Shown here: positions 59,761-64,000 of the stretch, one piece after another
Position numbering within the stretch: position 1 is the stretch's first letter
Layout of the letters: the number at the start of each line of letters is the position of its first letter
Assembly (NCBI GenBank): GCA_043228905.1
Contig: JBHGNT010000007.1
Location: 17,236,001-17,300,000 of the forward strand
Source of the DNA: Azolla caroliniana
Lineage: Eukaryota > Plantae > Polypodiophyta
Direction: 5' to 3'
DNA length: 64,000 nt
Notes under the pieces: model-generated
Databases searched by the model: none
Told to the model about the DNA's origin: nothing
The model's input: only the letters and a program-made list of their open reading frames with translations
Translations under genes and position numbers: made by a program

Positions 59761-61345
59761 GTAAATGAATTCCTTTGAGTGATATGGCTTGATACATATT
59801 CATGACATTCATGCCAAGGCATGGATGGATCAGATTTCGAGTGTTAAGCTCTAAGTATATTGTTCATGGTTGAGAAACTCTGACACATACTTATGGTAGA
59901 GTAATCCTTGTGAGTTAGAATCTACAAGCTTTTAAAACAAAAGACACATTATTTCCCATGTTTGGATATTATCTACCCAAATCTATTCTTAGTTATTTTG
60001 TTTCATGATTTTAAAGTGTGAGGTTAGTGTTGACCTAGTGGCTTGGCATTTAAATATACGAGTATTATGGATGATATAGTATGGTAGTGTTGAGTGTATA
60101 TCATAGAGAGATCCACCATTGATTGAGGATTGAGAAGGAATTCATTGGGTAAATATGCCTCAACTTTTTGAACAAAATTTCCCATCATAGGCAACTAAGT
60201 CCCCCCTTGGTGGTACTAACAAAAACTCATTATCTTTATTCATTGCCTTCACCGCCAAATGTCGTGCACTAATTTTTCTCTGAGTCAAATTGTTTTTTGT
60301 GGGCTAGTGACGTTGAACTTTTCAAATTATCATAAAATATTTTTACAATGGAGTTTTACTAAGTTTATGAAACATTCCATACAAGGTTGCAACCCACCCT
60401 TCTAATACTAAGTAGGAGAAAATCTTTACTGTTTGATAGACACTAATCAAGTAAATTTGTTTTCCATACCTTAGTTACTTCCAAAATGACTTGGAACAAC
60501 CCACTTATATTATCATGAAAGTAACATGATCAACAACAATCATTCTTCCAAATACTTTCCACTTGGACAATTATGACGTGTATCTATTCAACCCCATGAT
60601 CTTGATGCATAATTCGGCCCTATTGGACAACTATCTTGTCTCTTTGGCATGACCAAAGATCACTAACCGTTAATATGTAGTACATATTAACAAAAAACAA
60701 TTATTACATTTTCAAATAAAATTAGGCATTTGCTTAACAACATATTATATATTAATTGGAGAGTTGGTACGCAATTGGAAGGCTATAAGTGTATATTAAG
60801 TAGAAGTAGGTAGATTAGGAAACAAAGTATCCTTAAATAAGGAGGATGCCATTTTGGGGTTGAAAGCAATCATTAGTCAATTGATAAACTTATTTAAGTT
60901 AAGCCAAATGGTGGGAATCAGGATGGCAACCCCCAAACAAATATAACTAGTATGTGGATGAGGAGAAATATATGGATGACCATGCGGGGGGTGATTATGT
61001 AATATTCATGATTTGTAAATCATATGTTCTATCAATATTAAGAAGGCATCTACACTATTGTGTTTTGACTATGTTTTTTGTCTAGTCAATTAAATAAGAT
61101 CTAAGTGACTCCTGAGTGATAATAATTAAACAAAAGTTGGCTATGCCAAATGTGTTGGAATGTGTATTAATGTAAATTGTCTAGCATACAACCACGCAAA
61201 GACCGAGTGCAATCAACTTGGAGTAAGCTAGTAGAGCACATAGTGCGCATTAAAAGGCAAAATCAAAAGCATGATGTATGAGTAAGCCATGGGGAAGCAT
61301 ATCGCTCAAGAGGCTCACGGGATCAAGCAGAGAAGAGATGATAAC

Positions 61346-64000
61346 TGTAAAAAGTAGTGTGCGGAAGCAAGTGTGAAGACCGAACAGAAGGAAGAAAACA
61401 GAGAGAGTGAGAGAGAGAACACACAAGAACTATATTCAACCTCTATTCACAACTCTATACATATGTGTGTTCAATGAACACTTTTATACAAGTCCTAGAA
61501 GGACTGACAGTACTTCAATGCTCATTGAGAGCTCCTACAGTAACTCCCAAACATATTCCTCATGGAATATCTTTCCTAATGGCCTCCCGGTTTCCGCACC
61601 GATCCGGCCCTATCTACGCACCGGTCTGCGTACCGGTTTACGCATTCGGCCTAACCGATCGGTCCCAACCGATCTGGTCCTCGGCTTCTTCAGCCGATCC
61701 GGCCGATGTTGAGCTTGTCTCTCAACACTCCCCCTCAAGCTCAACTTCAGGCTCTTCGGGATCTTCGGGCTCATAGCTCCGGTTCCTCCTGGCTTCACGC
61801 CTCGCTCACGCTCCACAACCTATTCGACTACGCGCGCTTCGACCCTTCCGGTCGGCTTGTCTGCTCACGTGGCCCTTATCAGCTCTTCTGTTGTTGCGGT
61901 GTTGACGCTTCTCCTGTTGCCTTTTCTTCCGCTTGGGCCTCGGTTGATTCAACGTATCTGAATCAAACATCCGAACCGAATCGGCTACCTCCGATCGGTT
62001 TTCGCTCTCGTCTGAGTTGGTTGTCTCCAACTCGTCTTCGGTCTTCTCGCCCTTGATGGCGTCATCTTCCCCATGCGTGGTTGGCTTCGGCTTTCTCCTT
62101 CGGCTGCTCCCCTTCTGTTCGCTTTCAGACTTTTCTGCAGGTCCGCCCTCGGCTTCTTCAGCCGATCCGAAGTCGAACTCGGCAATCGAGTCAACCGACT
62201 CGGTGGTGTCGCGGTCTCCGCTCCTTTCCTGTTGTCTTGCTTGGTCGTTCGGGACTGTTCTCCCCCTCAAGTTTGGCACGTCGAGGTGACATAATCCGAG
62301 CGCACCTGAGAATTGCCACAACTTGTCCAGACCAAGAGGCTTGGTGAAGATGTCGGCAGTTTGCCGATCCGTCGGAACGTACTGAAGTTCGACTTCACCG
62401 GAAAGGACACACTCACGGACGAAGTGGTAGTGCACCTAAATGTGCTTGGTCCGTGCGTGGAAAACGAGGTTTTTAGCGAGCTGGATGCTGCTGAGGTTGT
62501 CGCAGTAGATCGTCGTCGGATCTGACACCTCCTCTCGCAGGTCCTTAAGTAGCCGCTTCAACCATATGGCTTCGCATGTCGCGACAGCCGCTCCTCGGTA
62601 CTCAGCTTCGGTGCTCGACAATGCAACTGTCGGCTGCTTCTTACTGCTCCACGCGATCGCGGCACTCCCGAGGGAGAACGCGTATCCGGACGTGGATCGG
62701 CGATCAGCGGCGTTGCCAGCCCAATCAACATTGGTGTAGCCGACTAACTGCGCGGCTGCACCGGTCCGATATAGCAGTCCCCAGTCCTTAGTGTCGTTGA
62801 CATACCGAAGTATGCATTGCGCACACTGAAGGTGCTCCTCGGTAGGTCGCGCCATGAACTGACTGATCATTCCGACCGGATAACTGAGGTCGGGTCGGGT
62901 GATGGTCAAGTATATGAGGCTTCCGACAATTTGTCGGAACCTCGTCGGGTCGCATACCTTTCCCGTATCGGGACGAAACTTGACGTTTCTGTCTAGAGGA
63001 GTCGAGACGGACTTACAGTCGGCCATCCCGAGTTTGAAGAGCATACTCAGCATGTAATGACGTTGGCTGATCAATATGCCTTCGGGGGTACGGATCACTT
63101 CGATCCCGAGGAAGTAATGAAGGTCCCCCAGATCCTTCATGTCGAACGATGCCGCAAGTTGGAGCTTCACGCGGTCGATTTCATCTAGGTCGGCGCCAGC
63201 GATGACCAAGTCATCAACATATAGTAAAATACTAACCGGTCTGAGTCGACCTTTCCGGATGAACAGGGAAGAGTCTGATTTTGACGTGACGAAGCCCATC
63301 CGATGCAGTTGTTGCGTGATCTTCGCATTCCAGGCATGCGGGGCTTGCTTCAGTCCGTAAAGGGACTTCTTCAGTCGGCATACTGCCGAGGAGTTCGTTC
63401 CAGAGTGAAATCCGGGGGGTTGTACCATGTACACCTGTTCCTCAAGGTCACCTTGCAGGAACGCATTCTTTACATCCATTTGATGTAAGTGTTGCCCCTT
63501 CACCGCAGCTACTGCAAGCAAAACACGGACGGTCGTCATTTTCGCGACCGGCGCAAACATCTCATCGTAGTCGATGCCGTGTTTCTGCGCGTACCCCTTT
63601 GCCACTAGCCGAGCCTTGTACCGGTTGACCGAGCCATCGGTGTTGTACTTGACTTTGTACACCCACCTACACCCGATCGGCTTCACACCCTTCGGTGCGT
63701 CAACCAGGTCCCAGGTCTCGTTCTCTGCCAATGCGTGCATCTCTTCTTCCATTGCGGCACACCAAGTCGCGTCTTTAGCCGCTTCTGCGTAGCTCTTCGG
63801 CTCACGCACTTCCGCTATACGGGTCATGTACGCATAATGATGCGCCATGTACTCGTTGTATCCGAACCGCAAAACAGGGTTCTTCTGGCGGGTAGATCGG
63901 CATAATCTCACATTAGCCGATGTCGAGGCCTTCTCGATCGACGCAGACTTCACCTTTAAAGTCCCGTCACCGGTTCCCTCGGAGTCGGACTCGCGTCGGT
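61346..64000 (-). mobile_element. Ty1/copia H, 3' part (3' LTR ~61346-61727)
   Basis: PPT at rc 61728-61739, RT/RNaseH ORF, LTR similar to that of E; left LTR boundary approximate. Confidence 0.9.
61806..63953 (-). CDS. copia H RT-RNaseH with in-frame TAG at 62436-62438 and ~150-aa charged C-terminal extension
   Basis: YKARLVAKG, QMDVKNAFL, LLYVDD, FHARTKHI*VHYHFVRE. Confidence 0.88.

Noticed and set aside
59760-61345. Host gene or definable element in the AT-rich stretch
   Set aside because: No ORF of 60 aa or more, splice pattern or termini that I can support; probably old decayed TE sequence.

Overview
Eukaryotic land-plant genomic DNA, probably a fern or other non-seed plant. That is an inference from the rDNA-derived variant sequence and the retroelement lineages. 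The window is about 85% nested transposable elements around one intact host gene: a syntaxin-6/SYP61-type Qc-SNARE with 7 coding exons (18138-22976, +). Left block: a decayed Ty1/copia (A) is split by a hAT-like non-coding element, which is in turn split by a young, nearly intact copia (B). It is followed by a 4-copy ~239-bp tandem repeat built from permuted 18S rRNA fragments plus a Pol III-like head, and then a near-intact two-ORF LINE sitting in a (CT)n tract. Right block: an old LINE is split by a Tcn1/Tf1-type gypsy (C, 24646-59564, TSD ATACC). The 5' LTR of C carries (i) a 4.6-kb insertion with a 23-unit tandem tRNA-Leu(CAA) array and (ii) a LINE > solo LTR > gag-only LTR element (G) nest. 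The body of C holds a truncated copia (E), a tRNA-Trp-primed gypsy (D) and an Athila-like gypsy with an extra ORF (F). A further copia (H) runs off the end. Best candidates for new biology: the TIR-bounded tRNA-Leu array with patchy terminators, the 18S-derived SINE-like repeat and its (CT)n-targeting LINE partner, and the gag-only element encoding a ~1200-aa repetitive protein. All alignments were done by eye and no database searches were run.
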